Below are positions 19,919 through 29,295 of a stretch of DNA of 64,000 bases, one piece after another. This stretch comes from an uncultured Lachnospiraceae bacterium (GTDB lineage: Bacteria; Bacillota; Clostridia; Christensenellales; UBA1242). Numbering within the stretch: the stretch's first letter is position 1; every line of letters starts with the position of its first letter. The notes below the pieces were generated by a model that was not told where the DNA came from, made no database searches, and worked only from the letters and a program-made list of their open reading frames with translations. Both the position numbers and the translations under genes were made by a program. The DNA lies in the NCBI GenBank assembly GCA_964393975.1, contig CAYMVO010000001.1:4055-68054 (forward strand), in the 5' to 3' direction.

Positions 19919-20470
19919 ATGAAGTTACTTTTACATAGTTGTTGCGCACCTTGCAGTAGTTCGGTGCTAGAACAATTAATAACAACTGAGAGATTTGATG
20001 AAATTTCTATATATTATTACAATCCAAATATTTTCCCTGAGACTGAGTATCTAAAAAGAAAGTCGGAGCAAATACGAATGCTAAGTATCTTGTATCCTTT
20101 TGTTAAGATAATAGATAGTGATTATGAAAACAAAACTTTTTTAAATGCTGTAAAGGGTTTGGAAAAAGAAAAAGAGGGTGGTGCTAGATGTGATGTTTGT
20201 TATAGACTTAGAATGAAAAGCACCGCCGAGAAAGCAAAAGAGTTAGGTTATGATTATTTTGGAACAACGCTATCGGTTAGTCCATACAAAAACGCCGAGC
20301 ATTTAAACAATATTGGATTTGAGTTGCAAAGAGAGATCGGCGTAAATTATTTGGAAGCAAATTTCAAAAAGAAAAATGGCTATCTTAGGTCTATTCAATT
20401 AAGTAAAGAATTAAATTTGTATAGACAAAATTATTGTGGCTGTCCATTTAGTATGCCACGCAATGAATAA
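19919..20470 (+). CDS. queH: epoxyqueuosine reductase QueH (DUF208)
   Basis: LLHSCCAPCSS, CDVCYRLR and YCGC cysteine motifs are present. ATG 19919 lies 8 nt after GGAG; the track GTG at 19910 overlaps the SD. Confidence 0.8.
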   Translation: MKLLLHSCCAPCSSSVLEQLITTERFDEISIYYYNPNIFPETEYLKRKSEQIRMLSILYPFVKIIDSDYENKTFLNAVKGLEKEKEGGARCDVCYRLRMKSTAEKAKELGYDYFGTTLSVSPYKNAEHLNNIGFELQREIGVNYLEANFKKKNGYLRSIQLSKELNLYRQNYCGCPFSMPRNE

Positions 20471-20511
20471 CTATACATTATAAAGAATATTTATGCAAAA
20501 CGGAGAGTTTT

Positions 20512-21012
20512 ATGGATATAAAAAAATATAATATGGGATCATATTTTGCTATTGGTTTATCATTTATAAATATTATACTATTTTTTATGCCTTTTACATT
20601 TAGTAGGATAATCCCTTCACAAATAAGTGCTTATGGTATGTTTTTAAATATGTTTGATCCCGTACACGCTGAAGGTGTAGGAGCGTCACTTTTAAATGCG
20701 GGTTATAATGAAGGTGTAGGTGTTGTGTATAGTGTTTATGCTTATATTATTCCTATAATGGCGGTAGTGTTTTTGTGTTTTTCAGTGATGATTATGGTGT
20801 ATAGTTTTGTTGATCTATATGGTCTTAGGGCAAACAAAAAATTAGTGACGTACTTGTCTTATGCACTTGTAATAATTCTCGTGATTATATCTATTTTACT
20901 TATAATTCGTAGCGGTCAAGTCGCTGGTGGTATTGGAATAGGTTATGGATTAGTTATGGCTTTTGTGACTAGTTCAATACTTGCAGTAATGAGATATTTA
21001 AAAATTCAATAA
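20512..21012 (+). CDS. integral membrane protein, unknown function
   Basis: Four or five hydrophobic helices and no recognisable motif. Confidence 0.55.
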   Translation: MDIKKYNMGSYFAIGLSFINIILFFMPFTFSRIIPSQISAYGMFLNMFDPVHAEGVGASLLNAGYNEGVGVVYSVYAYIIPIMAVVFLCFSVMIMVYSFVDLYGLRANKKLVTYLSYALVIILVIISILLIIRSGQVAGGIGIGYGLVMAFVTSSILAVMRYLKIQ

Positions 21013-21045
21013 AAAATATACTATTAGTTTTATATAAACCAAATT

Positions 21046-21070
21046 AGAGCGTAGGAGTCGCTCTTTTTTG
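21046..21070 (+). terminator. rho-independent terminator
   Basis: AGAGCG-taggagt-CGCTCT stem followed by a T run. Confidence 0.7.
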
Positions 21071-21097
21071 TTTTTATTTTGCTATGTTTAGTGTTTT

Positions 21098-21104
21098 TTC
21101 GGCA
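21098..21104 (-). promoter_or_regulatory. possible Spo0A box (TGCCGAA on minus strand) upstream of spoIIAA
   Basis: Single 7-mer match to the TGNCGAA consensus about 70 nt upstream of the spoIIAA ATG. A short motif like this could easily be chance. Confidence 0.2.
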
Positions 21105-21170
21105 AAAGTATTTAAGATTTTTTTATCAATTAATGTTATTATTTTACTGAATTACTAAAAGGAGGAATTT

Positions 21171-21479
21171 ATGCAAGTAAAACACAGATTATATAGCGGT
21201 TCGCTTTATGTCGTGCTTAGCGGTGAATTAGACCAACATAGCGCAGATTATGTGCGTACTAGATTGGATGAAGTATTTATGACAAATAAATGCAAGCAAG
21301 TAATAGTAGATTTATCCGAACTAGAATTTATGGATTCGACTGGGATAGGCGTGTTACTCGGTCGTTATAAAAAACTAAAAGAATTTGGCGTACCGATATA
21401 TATATGTAACCCATCTTCACACGCTGAAAAAATATTTAAAATGACAGGCTTATATGATATTATGCCAAAAATAAGTTAA
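21171..21479 (+). CDS. spoIIAA: anti-sigma-F factor antagonist SpoIIAA (STAS domain)
   Basis: STAS fold sequence with the phosphorylatable serine context FMDSTGIGVLLG. AAGGAGG SD. It is first in the spoIIA operon. Confidence 0.85.
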   Translation: MQVKHRLYSGSLYVVLSGELDQHSADYVRTRLDEVFMTNKCKQVIVDLSELEFMDSTGIGVLLGRYKKLKEFGVPIYICNPSSHAEKIFKMTGLYDIMPKIS

Positions 21480-21488
21480 GGAGTAGAT

Positions 21489-21941
21489 ATGATAGCAAAT
21501 AACATAATGGAAATAAAATTCCCAGCATTATCTGTAAATGAAGGGTTTGCGAGGACTTGTGTTGCGTCGTTTTGTTTGCAATTAAACCCAACAATAGAGG
21601 AATTAAACGATGTGAAAACTGCAGTAAGTGAGGCGGTAACAAATTGTGTGGTGCACGCTTATCCAACCAAAGTAGGTGAGGTTTATCTAAAGGCTGAAAT
21701 TTTTGATGATAGCGTAACCATTACAATAAAAGATGATGGTATAGGGATAACCGATTTTGAAAAAGCGAGGCAACCATTTTTTACCACAAAACCAAATAGC
21801 GAACGTAGTGGAATGGGGTTTGCTGTAATGGAAAGTTTTATGGATGAGTTGACATTAGCTAAAAACGAAGAAAGAGGTCTTGTTGTGGTAATGAAAAAAC
21901 GATTTGGGAAAATACCAATGAGCGAGGCTATAGGAGGTTAG
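21489..21941 (+). CDS. spoIIAB: anti-sigma-F factor / serine kinase SpoIIAB
   Basis: HATPase N box EAVTNCVVHAY, G1 DDGIGI and G2 GMGFAVM are present. It lies in the operon between spoIIAA and sigF. Confidence 0.85.
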   Translation: MIANNIMEIKFPALSVNEGFARTCVASFCLQLNPTIEELNDVKTAVSEAVTNCVVHAYPTKVGEVYLKAEIFDDSVTITIKDDGIGITDFEKARQPFFTTKPNSERSGMGFAVMESFMDELTLAKNEERGLVVVMKKRFGKIPMSEAIGG

Positions 21942-21946
21942 ATTTT

Positions 21947-22672
21947 GTGCTGGAACACGCAGAGACATTGAGACTCATAAAAGAGGCTCAAAACGGAAGT
22001 GAAAGAGCGAAATCTACCTTATTGGAGAATAATTATCCTTTGATTAAGAGTGTGATAAAGCGTTTTAAAAACAAAGGAATAGAGTATGATGACTTGTATC
22101 AACTTGGGTGTGTTGGTTTTTTGAAAGCAATTAAAAATTTTAATGAGGAGTTTAATGTTAAATTTTCTACCTATATTGTACCTATGGTCGCGGGAGAAGT
22201 AAAACGATTTATGCGTGATGACGGGGCGATTAAGGTGAGTAGAGCATTAAAAAGTTTACATTATAACATTACTAAATTAACCAATGACTATAGACAAAAA
22301 AATAACGGTCAAAGTCCAAGCATTGAGTATTTAGCGCAAGAGCTCAAAGTAGATACGCAAGAAATTGTTATGGCGTTGGATAGCAGTAAGAGTCTTATTA
22401 GTCTAAATGAAAAATATGATGAAGATGATAGCAATAGTCCTTGCATTATAGAAAGAGTTGCGGTAAAAGATGAGTCGCACGAGGTGATAGATTATATCCT
22501 TTTAAAAGAAGCGTTAGAGGAATTAGATGATAGAGAGAAAAAAGTCATAATACTAAGGTATTTTAGAAATAAAACGCAAAGTGAAGTAGCTTTGGCGTTA
22601 GGTGTATCGCAGGTACAAATAAGTAGACTAGAGACAAAAATCCTCAATAAAATGCGTAAAAAAATAGAATAA
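21947..22672 (+). CDS. sigF: sporulation sigma factor SigF
   Basis: Sigma-70 regions 2 to 4 are recognisable (DDLYQLGCVGFLKAIKNF, FSTYIVPMVAGEVKRFMRDDGAIKVSR, QSEVALALGVSQVQISRLE). The sequence is close to the B. subtilis SigF pattern. Confidence 0.85.
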   Translation: MLEHAETLRLIKEAQNGSERAKSTLLENNYPLIKSVIKRFKNKGIEYDDLYQLGCVGFLKAIKNFNEEFNVKFSTYIVPMVAGEVKRFMRDDGAIKVSRALKSLHYNITKLTNDYRQKNNGQSPSIEYLAQELKVDTQEIVMALDSSKSLISLNEKYDEDDSNSPCIIERVAVKDESHEVIDYILLKEALEELDDREKKVIILRYFRNKTQSEVALALGVSQVQISRLETKILNKMRKKIE

Positions 22673-22742
22673 AAAAGCACGCTTTTAAGTGTCTAATGCG
22701 ACTCATACGGAGTCTACGATTAGCATTTAAGCGTGCTTTTTT
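22673..22742. terminator. long bidirectional terminator hairpin
   Basis: AAAAAGCACGCTT ... AAGCGTGCTTTTT outer stem with an inner GACTC-atacg-GAGTC hairpin, between convergent sigF and the SDR gene. Confidence 0.7.
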
Positions 22743-22743
22743 A

Positions 22744-23469
22744 CTAGATGACTACACCACCATTTGGACTAATGACTTGTCCTGTCAAATAATTTGAGTC
22801 TAATATATAGTTCACAGCGAGAACAACCTCGTTTGGCGAACCTATTTTACCAAGTGGCACTTCTTCTAAATAGACTTTTAAATCTTTATTAGATAACATT
22901 TTCATCATATCCGTGTCTATTGCCCCTGGTGCTATAGCGTTTACCGTGATACCGCTTGGAGCGAGCTCCATAGCGAGTGCTTTTGTGAGTCCAATTACGC
23001 CACTTTTGCTGGCACTATAGTGACATTCGCAACTAGCACCTTGAATACCCCACATAGATGAAATATTGATAATTTTACCGCTTTTTCGCTCAATCATTAG
23101 TTTCGCACTTTCACGGCACGCATAAAAAGTACCTGAAAGATTTACACTAATCATATCATCCCATTCACTATCGGTGATATCGGTGATTGTATTAAATCTA
23201 CTAATGCCAGCATTGTTTATAAGTACATCCAAGTGACCAAATTCGTTTTTTACAAACGCAAACATTCCCCGCACTTCATCTGCATTTGCTATATTGCATT
23301 TGTAAGCGATAGCGACCGCGCCTTTTTCGGTCAAATCTTTTTGTAAAAGTTTTGCTTCTTTTTCGCTAGTGTTATAATTAATTATAACAGCATAACCTAA
23401 TTTTGCTAAAGACTCACATAGTATTTTACCTATTCCTTTTCCGCCACCTGTAACTAGCGCAACCAACAT
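22744..23469 (-). CDS. short-chain dehydrogenase/reductase, FabG-like 3-oxoacyl-ACP reductase
   Basis: TGGGKGIG cofactor motif, NNAG, and the catalytic YSASK are present. Confidence 0.75.
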   Translation of the reverse strand: MLVALVTGGGKGIGKILCESLAKLGYAVIINYNTSEKEAKLLQKDLTEKGAVAIAYKCNIANADEVRGMFAFVKNEFGHLDVLINNAGISRFNTITDITDSEWDDMISVNLSGTFYACRESAKLMIERKSGKIINISSMWGIQGASCECHYSASKSGVIGLTKALAMELAPSGITVNAIAPGAIDTDMMKMLSNKDLKVYLEEVPLGKIGSPNEVVLAVNYILDSNYLTGQVISPNGGVVI

Positions 23470-23483
23470 ATATACACCTCTTT

Positions 23484-23807
23484 TTAAATAATCACGAGAG
23501 CAATCATTGCAATTCCTGCCAAAAATGAGTCAAGAGCCAAATGTCTATCGTGTTTTGCGTTTTTTATACCACAAACAAGAGCAAGAAAACCCGCCACTCC
23601 AGCTAAGATATATAGCATCATAACAAGCCCTAGACTATTATATCCAAACATCCGCATAAGCTTATTAAACATTGTGATAATTATTGAGATAGTGGCTGAA
23701 AAAACGCCAATATTGCCCGCATTTAACATCCAACCGACAGGTTCGTTTTCCGCGTTTAACTTGTTATCACTATCTAAATTGCTTGTTTTGCTATCTTTTT
23801 CTTGCAT
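23484..23807 (-). CDS. small membrane protein, unknown function
   Basis: Three hydrophobic helices. TAGGAGGA SD, with TTGAAA-17-TATACT upstream on the minus strand. Confidence 0.5.
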   Translation of the reverse strand: MQEKDSKTSNLDSDNKLNAENEPVGWMLNAGNIGVFSATISIIITMFNKLMRMFGYNSLGLVMMLYILAGVAGFLALVCGIKNAKHDRHLALDSFLAGIAMIALVII

Positions 23808-23888
23808 AAGGTATAAAAATCCTCCTAGTTAGTATATATTATTATTGTCAAATTTTCAAGTTTTTTATGCAAAAAGTATCAAAAGTTA

Positions 23889-23917
23889 TTGACAAATTAG
23901 TATCATTTATGTATAAT
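23889..23917 (+). promoter_or_regulatory. sigmaA-type promoter (TTGACA-17-TATAAT) for rpsU
   Basis: Consensus hexamers at 23889-23894 and 23912-23917. Confidence 0.65.
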
Positions 23918-23951
23918 AACACTATCTTAGATGGAAAGGCGGGTGATTGAT

Positions 23952-24131
23952 GTGACTACAGTCAGAGTTGGCGAGAATGAAACTTTAGACAGTGCTATGA
24001 AGCGTTTTAAGAGAAGATGCCAAAAAGACGGTATCATAGGCGAACTTCGTAAACGCGAAGCTTATGAAAAGCCAAGCGTAAAGCGTAAACTAAAGTCTGA
24101 ACTAGCTAGAAAAAGAAATCGTAAGAGATAA
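23952..24131 (+). CDS. rpsU: 30S ribosomal protein S21
   Basis: [24 protein letters not shown]...[12 protein letters not shown] is typical of S21. A GTG at 23952 gives the usual ~59 aa; the track ATG at 23931 is the alternative. Confidence 0.85.
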   Translation: MTTVRVGENETLDSAMKRFKRRCQKDGIIGELRKREAYEKPSVKRKLKSELARKRNRKR

Positions 24132-24178
24132 TTTTTTTAAATGCACTTATGTGCGTTTTTTTGTAATAAGGGGTGTAT

Positions 24179-24763
24179 ATGGAGATACAAAGAATAGTTA
24201 ATGCAGATAAATTTTACAATTCTAATACCTATATCGTAAAGTCTAATAATGAATGTATTGTTATTGATCCGGTAGATATAGACAAAATTATTGCAAGCAC
24301 GCTAGGAGTAAAGATAGTAGGTGTGCTAGTGACTCATGGACATTTTGATCACTGTTATAGCGCAAAGGCAATGCAAAGATTGGGATATAGTATCTATATG
24401 TCACCGCTAGATGCTAGCAAGGAGATGATTGATTTAGCGAAAAAGTTTGCTAGTGATTTTGAACCTTTTGATATAGATATACCTATTATAGAGGGTGAGT
24501 ACAAAATAGGCGGGTTTGATGTCAAGGTTTTAAATACGAGTGGTCATAGTAAAGGCTCTGTGGTCTACATTATAGGCGGGGTGATGTTTACAGGAGATAC
24601 ATTATTTCGTGGTGCTTATGGTAGATATGATTTGTTTGGTGGTAGTTTTCTTGAGATTAGACAATCATTAAAAAAATTGTTTACACTAGAAAATATGACT
24701 ATTTATCCTGGTCATAATGAAGCATCTTCACTACTAGAAGAAAAAAAGCGTTATATGAGGTAA
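24179..24763 (+). CDS. metallo-beta-lactamase-fold hydrolase
   Basis: THGHFDH metal-binding motif, later GH and D ligands, and an AAGGGG SD before ATG 24179. Confidence 0.7.
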   Translation: MEIQRIVNADKFYNSNTYIVKSNNECIVIDPVDIDKIIASTLGVKIVGVLVTHGHFDHCYSAKAMQRLGYSIYMSPLDASKEMIDLAKKFASDFEPFDIDIPIIEGEYKIGGFDVKVLNTSGHSKGSVVYIIGGVMFTGDTLFRGAYGRYDLFGGSFLEIRQSLKKLFTLENMTIYPGHNEASSLLEEKKRYMR

Positions 24764-24795
24764 CAAAACTATCTCTATATTCATATTAAGATAGT

Positions 24796-25812
24796 ATGAA
24801 TATCATTGAAATTGACAAAAACAACTTAATATATAATTTTGAGTTTTTTAAAAAACAAACAAAAGCGAAAATTTGTGCAATGGTAAAAGCGAACGGATAT
24901 GGACACGACGCTAAGACTGTCGCACAAATTTTGTGTAAATATGTGGACTATTTCGGAGTAAATAATCTCAACGAAGCAATAGAAATCCGTAAGGTCACGA
25001 ATAAACCTATTTTAGTAGTCGGTGCTAGCGAAGAAAATTTTATTGATGCAATAAAATATGATATTGAGTTGACTGTTTACAATGCGGAAATCTTGCAAGC
25101 GCTAATAATCACAAACCTACCGATTAAAGTACATATAGCGGTCAATACTGGTATGAATAGGTTAGGGTTTCGACCTAATGAATTAAAAACTGTTGTAGAT
25201 AAAATAACTCAAAGCGATCTGATACTAGTAGGAATTTTTACGCATTTTTCCACCGCAGATAATGATAAAGACTATTTTAAATTACAAGTAAAGCAATTTA
25301 AAAAGGCGCTAATAAATATAGATACAAGTGGGTTGATTATACACGCTAGCAATACTAGCGCATTTAAATATTTAGGCGTACATTATGATATGGTTAGACT
25401 CGGAATAGGACTTTATGGATATGGGCAAAAGGGATTGAGACCAGTAATGCGAGTGAAATCAAGAGTTGTTGCTATTAATGAAATAGACAAAGGTGAAAGC
25501 GTCGGTTACGGACTAGGTTATATAGCGAATGAACCTTGCAAGGTGGCGGTTATTCCGCTTGGATATGCAGATGGCGTAAATAGGCACTTGGCACGGAAAA
25601 TTTTTGTTAAAATCAATGATAAACCTTGTTTTGTGGTTAGCAATATATGTATGGATATGTTTATGGTAAAGGTGCCAAATGAGACAAAAATAGATGATGA
25701 AGTGATAGTTATGGATAATGCGGATTTGTGGGCGGATGAACTTAAAACGATAAATTATGAGGTTTTGACTGCATTTAACCACAAAAGATTTGAAATAAAT
25801 ATCATAAACTGA
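24796..25812 (+). CDS. alr: alanine racemase
   Basis: PLP-lysine motif AMVKANGYGHD, and length and C-terminal beta domain typical of Alr. Confidence 0.85.
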   Translation: MNIIEIDKNNLIYNFEFFKKQTKAKICAMVKANGYGHDAKTVAQILCKYVDYFGVNNLNEAIEIRKVTNKPILVVGASEENFIDAIKYDIELTVYNAEILQALIITNLPIKVHIAVNTGMNRLGFRPNELKTVVDKITQSDLILVGIFTHFSTADNDKDYFKLQVKQFKKALINIDTSGLIIHASNTSAFKYLGVHYDMVRLGIGLYGYGQKGLRPVMRVKSRVVAINEIDKGESVGYGLGYIANEPCKVAVIPLGYADGVNRHLARKIFVKINDKPCFVVSNICMDMFMVKVPNETKIDDEVIVMDNADLWADELKTINYEVLTAFNHKRFEINIIN

Positions 25813-25882
25813 CAATATTACTTGATTTTTATACAAAATGTGATATACTAAATCTCAAGAAAAAATAAAGCGAGGATATGCA

Positions 25883-27166
25883 ATGCTAGATATTAATTAC
25901 ATTAAAGAAAATACTAAAAAAGTCGTAGACGGTCTCAAAAAGAAAGGTTGGGATGTGGACTTTACTGAAGTATTTGCGTTGAATGATAAGAGAAAAGAGC
26001 TTATAGCGGAGGTAGAAAAGCTTAAGGCTGAAAAAAATAGACTATCCGCTACTGTCCCTATGGTCAAGAAAGAAGGCGGAAATGTTGAGGAGATATTTGC
26101 TAAAGTCAAAGGACTAAATACTACTATTGATGAATTAGATAGCGAATTAAAGGTAATAGAAGGTAAAATATTTGATTTTATGGCTGTGCTACCTAATGTA
26201 CCTGATGAAGATTTGCTTGCCGGTGAAAAAGAGAACAACAAAGCAATATATACTTTTGGTAAAAAACCTGAGTTTGATTTTAAACCGAAAGACCACGTAG
26301 ACCTTTGTGAGTCATTAGGACTAATTGATTATCAAAGAGCTAGCAAACTAAGCGGTAGAGGTACTTGGATATATACTGGTCTTGGTGCTAGACTTGAGTG
26401 GGCTATACTAAACTTTTTAGTTGGTGAGCACATAAACGCGGGCTATGAGTTTATTTTGCCACCACACATTTTAAATGAAGAGAGTGGATATTGCGCTGGT
26501 CAATTTCCTAAGTTTAAGGAAGATGTGTTTTGGCTAGAAAAGGAGGAACCTAAAAAGTTTATGCTTCCTACTGCCGAGACCGCTTTGGTAAATCTTTATC
26601 GTGATGAGATTTTGAGCGAAGATGAGTTACCTAAGAGATTATTTGCATACACTCCTTGTTATCGTAACGAGGCGGGCAGTTATCGTACAGAAGAGCGTGG
26701 TATGATTAGAGGGTATCAATTTAATAAGATTGAGATGTTCGCTTATGCGACTGAGAAAAACAATAAGCAAATGTTTGATGAACTTGTTGGTCGTGCAAAA
26801 GATTTAGTGGAAAAATTAGGTTTGCATTTTCAAATTAGCAAACTCGCCGCTGGTGATTGTTCTCATAGTATGGCTAGGACTTATGATATAGAAGTATGGA
26901 TACCTAGTATGGGTATATACAAAGAGGTAAGTAGTGCTAGTACCGCAAACGATTACCAAGCAAGACGTGGCAACATTCGCTATAGAGATAAAGAGACTGG
27001 TAAAATAAAATTTTGTTGTACTCTAAACGCTAGTGGACTCGCTACATCTAGATTGATACCTGCTATAGTAGAACAATATCAAAACGCCGATGGTAGCGTG
27101 ACTGTACCTAGTGTGCTAGTGCCATTTATGGGCGGTATCACTAGACTAGAACCTATTAAAAAATAA
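25883..27166 (+). CDS. serS: seryl-tRNA synthetase
   Basis: N-terminal coiled-coil arm and class II motifs (YTPCYRNEAGSYRTEERGMIRGYQFNKIE, GLATSR). Confidence 0.9.
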   Translation: MLDINYIKENTKKVVDGLKKKGWDVDFTEVFALNDKRKELIAEVEKLKAEKNRLSATVPMVKKEGGNVEEIFAKVKGLNTTIDELDSELKVIEGKIFDFMAVLPNVPDEDLLAGEKENNKAIYTFGKKPEFDFKPKDHVDLCESLGLIDYQRASKLSGRGTWIYTGLGARLEWAILNFLVGEHINAGYEFILPPHILNEESGYCAGQFPKFKEDVFWLEKEEPKKFMLPTAETALVNLYRDEILSEDELPKRLFAYTPCYRNEAGSYRTEERGMIRGYQFNKIEMFAYATEKNNKQMFDELVGRAKDLVEKLGLHFQISKLAAGDCSHSMARTYDIEVWIPSMGIYKEVSSASTANDYQARRGNIRYRDKETGKIKFCCTLNASGLATSRLIPAIVEQYQNADGSVTVPSVLVPFMGGITRLEPIKK

Positions 27167-27186
27167 TCGGTCGTGATTAGTTATTT

Positions 27187-27222
27187 AAGACACAAAGGCA
27201 AAATGCTTTTGTGTCTTTTTTG
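27187..27222 (+). terminator. rho-independent terminator after serS
   Basis: AAGACACAAA ... TTTGTGTCTT stem followed by T6. Confidence 0.8.
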
Positions 27223-27377
27223 TAATATTTAGGTACATTTGTATTTGATGTATCTAAAAGAAAATTTTTATGGCTGATATAAAAGTTTTAGAAAAAAAGT
27301 AGCTACTCCATTAAACGCAAAAAATAAAGGTTTGTTTAAAATCAGTAGTAGTGATGAAGATTACTATTCTTAAGTAC

Positions 27378-27406
27378 TTGCAAATAAAGACAAAATGTAC
27401 TACAAT
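27378..27406 (+). promoter_or_regulatory. sigmaA-type promoter (TTGCAA-17-TACAAT) abutting the nth start codon
   Basis: -35 at 27378-27383 and -10 at 27401-27406. Only 6 nt separate the -10 from ATG 27413, and there is no SD. Confidence 0.5.
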
Positions 27407-27412
27407 AGTATT

Positions 27413-28045
27413 ATGAGTTACTTAGACATTTATGATGGTTTAAAGGCAATGTTCCCTAATGCAGTTTGCGAGCTTGAGTACAAATCTCCATACACGCTAC
27501 TAGTGGCAGTCATTTTATCTAGTCAATGTACGGATAGAAGAGTAAATCTAGTGGCTCCTAGTGTTTTTGAGAGGTATCCGACAGTGTTTGATATGGCAAA
27601 AGCAAAGCAAGGAGAATTGGAAACACTCATTCATTCGTGTGGGTTTTATAGAAACAAATCAAAAAACATTATAACAGCGTGTCAAGAAATCGTAGAGAGG
27701 TTTAGTGGCGAGGTTCCACGCTCGCTAGAAGAACTAACATCGCTAAAAGGGGTTGGACGAAAGACTGCAAATGTTATGCTAAGCACTATTTTTGATAGTC
27801 CCGCTATAGCGGTCGACACGCATGTATTTAGGGTAGCGAATAGACTCGGACTAACAAATGCAAAAACGCCAAAACAAAGCGAAGAACAGTTGATGCAAGT
27901 CATTCCTAAAAACCTTTGGAGTGATTCACATCAAATGTTAGTGTATTTGGGTAGGTATGTTTGCAAAGCAAGAAAACCAAATTGCGAAGAATGTAAACTA
28001 AAACAATATTGTAAAGGATATCAAAATGCAAAAGATAACGGGTGA
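27413..28045 (+). CDS. nth: endonuclease III
   Basis: HhH-GPD motif LKGVGRKTANV and the 4Fe-4S cluster loop C-x6-C-x2-C-x5-C (CKARKPNCEECKLKQYC) are present. The track start at 27395 lies inside the promoter -10 region. Confidence 0.85.
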   Translation: MSYLDIYDGLKAMFPNAVCELEYKSPYTLLVAVILSSQCTDRRVNLVAPSVFERYPTVFDMAKAKQGELETLIHSCGFYRNKSKNIITACQEIVERFSGEVPRSLEELTSLKGVGRKTANVMLSTIFDSPAIAVDTHVFRVANRLGLTNAKTPKQSEEQLMQVIPKNLWSDSHQMLVYLGRYVCKARKPNCEECKLKQYCKGYQNAKDNG

Positions 28046-28691
28046 TTGGTTTATAGCGTTAAAAGACGAATTTGAAAAACCATATTTTAAAGAATTAGAA
28101 AAAAAGATAGAAATAGCTAAAAAGACTCACGAAGTCTATCCTCCAGAAAATTTAATATTTAATGCGTTAGACCTCACACCGCTTTATAATGTTAAAGTAG
28201 TTATCATAGGTCAAGATCCTTATCACGAGCCTATGCAAGCACACGGGTTATGTTTTTCTGTACCAAGTGGCGTAAAACTACCACCATCTCTAGTAAATAT
28301 ATATAAAGAAATTGAAAACGAACTCGGCATCAAAATGTCTAATAGTGGAGATTTGAGTAAGTGGGCAAGGCAAGGAGTGTTACTTTTAAATAGCACACTT
28401 ACAGTAAACCGTGGGCAAGCGGGCAGTCATAAAGACTTTGGTTGGCAAGAATTTACTAAAAAAATAGTAGAAGTTATTAACGAAAGACTTTGTGAAGTTA
28501 TTTTTGTATTGTGGGGAAATTTTGCAAAAGCATTTGAACCACTTATAAACACAAACAAACATTTTGTTTTAAAGTCTGCGCATCCAAGTCCTTTATCCGC
28601 TTATAATGGTTTTTTTGGCAATGGTCACTTCAAACGCATAAATGACATCCTAAAAGACCTAAATAAACAAGAAATTGATTGGAAAATTTAA
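28026..28691 (+). CDS. ung: uracil-DNA glycosylase
   Basis: GQDPYH water-activating loop and HPSPLSA motif are present. It overlaps the nth 3' end by 20 nt. Confidence 0.9.
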   Translation: MQKITGDWFIALKDEFEKPYFKELEKKIEIAKKTHEVYPPENLIFNALDLTPLYNVKVVIIGQDPYHEPMQAHGLCFSVPSGVKLPPSLVNIYKEIENELGIKMSNSGDLSKWARQGVLLLNSTLTVNRGQAGSHKDFGWQEFTKKIVEVINERLCEVIFVLWGNFAKAFEPLINTNKHFVLKSAHPSPLSAYNGFFGNGHFKRINDILKDLNKQEIDWKI

Positions 28692-28785
28692 AAAAAATTT
28701 TAAAAGATAAGACGCTAAAAAGTGGCGTTTTTCTTTTTTATATACGATTTTACGATGTGATTTTGTATATATGTTCTAAATTAAA

Positions 28786-28824
28786 AAAGTGGTTAAAAGT
28801 GGTTGAAAGTGGTTAAAGTTTGTT
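28786..28824 (+). promoter_or_regulatory. MraZ-box array: three 10-bp-phased AAAGTGGTT repeats plus a degenerate fourth
   Basis: AAAGTGGTT at 28786, 28796 and 28806, then AAAGTTTGTT at 28815, immediately before a TATACT -10 (28826-28831) and mraZ. Confidence 0.7.
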
Positions 28825-28866
28825 GTATACTATGCTTGAAATAGAATGAGGGAGGTGTAGTTACTT

Positions 28867-29295
28867 ATGATATTTGGTGAATATAAACATCAGTTAGATG
28901 AAAAAAATCGACTACGCCTACCTGTAAAGCTAAAGCAGAAATTAGGCGAAAGATATGTAATCTTGAAAGGTTCTAATAGAAGTTTATTTGTATTTTCTCA
29001 AAGTGAATTAGAGACTACTATGCTAGAAAAATTAAAATCTTTACCTCTTCTTGATGCGAAAGCACAAAAGACTGTAAGAGCGATGTTTAGTTCAGGGTTT
29101 GAAGTGGAAGAGGACAATCAAGGTAGATTTGTATTACCTACTGCGTTGAAAGAGTTTGCTGGGATAAAGAAAAATGTTGTCAGTATCGGAGCAGGTAATA
29201 GGGTAGAGATTTGGGCTGAAGAACAATGGAATGATTACAACTCTAATGAAGATTACGATTCTATTTTGGAGGAACTAGGCGATTATGGAATTTAG
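28867..29295 (+). CDS. mraZ: transcriptional regulator MraZ
   Basis: Two SpoVT/AbrB-like halves (LDEKNRLRLP, VEEDNQGRFVLP). GGGAGGTG SD. It is first in the dcw cluster. Confidence 0.9.
   Translation: MIFGEYKHQLDEKNRLRLPVKLKQKLGERYVILKGSNRSLFVFSQSELETTMLEKLKSLPLLDAKAQKTVRAMFSSGFEVEEDNQGRFVLPTALKEFAGIKKNVVSIGAGNRVEIWAEEQWNDYNSNEDYDSILEELGDYGI

Noticed and set aside
25813-25882. Expected T-box leader upstream of serS.
   Set aside because: The alr-serS spacer is only ~70 nt, far too short for a T-box, and no specifier or T-box sequence is visible.
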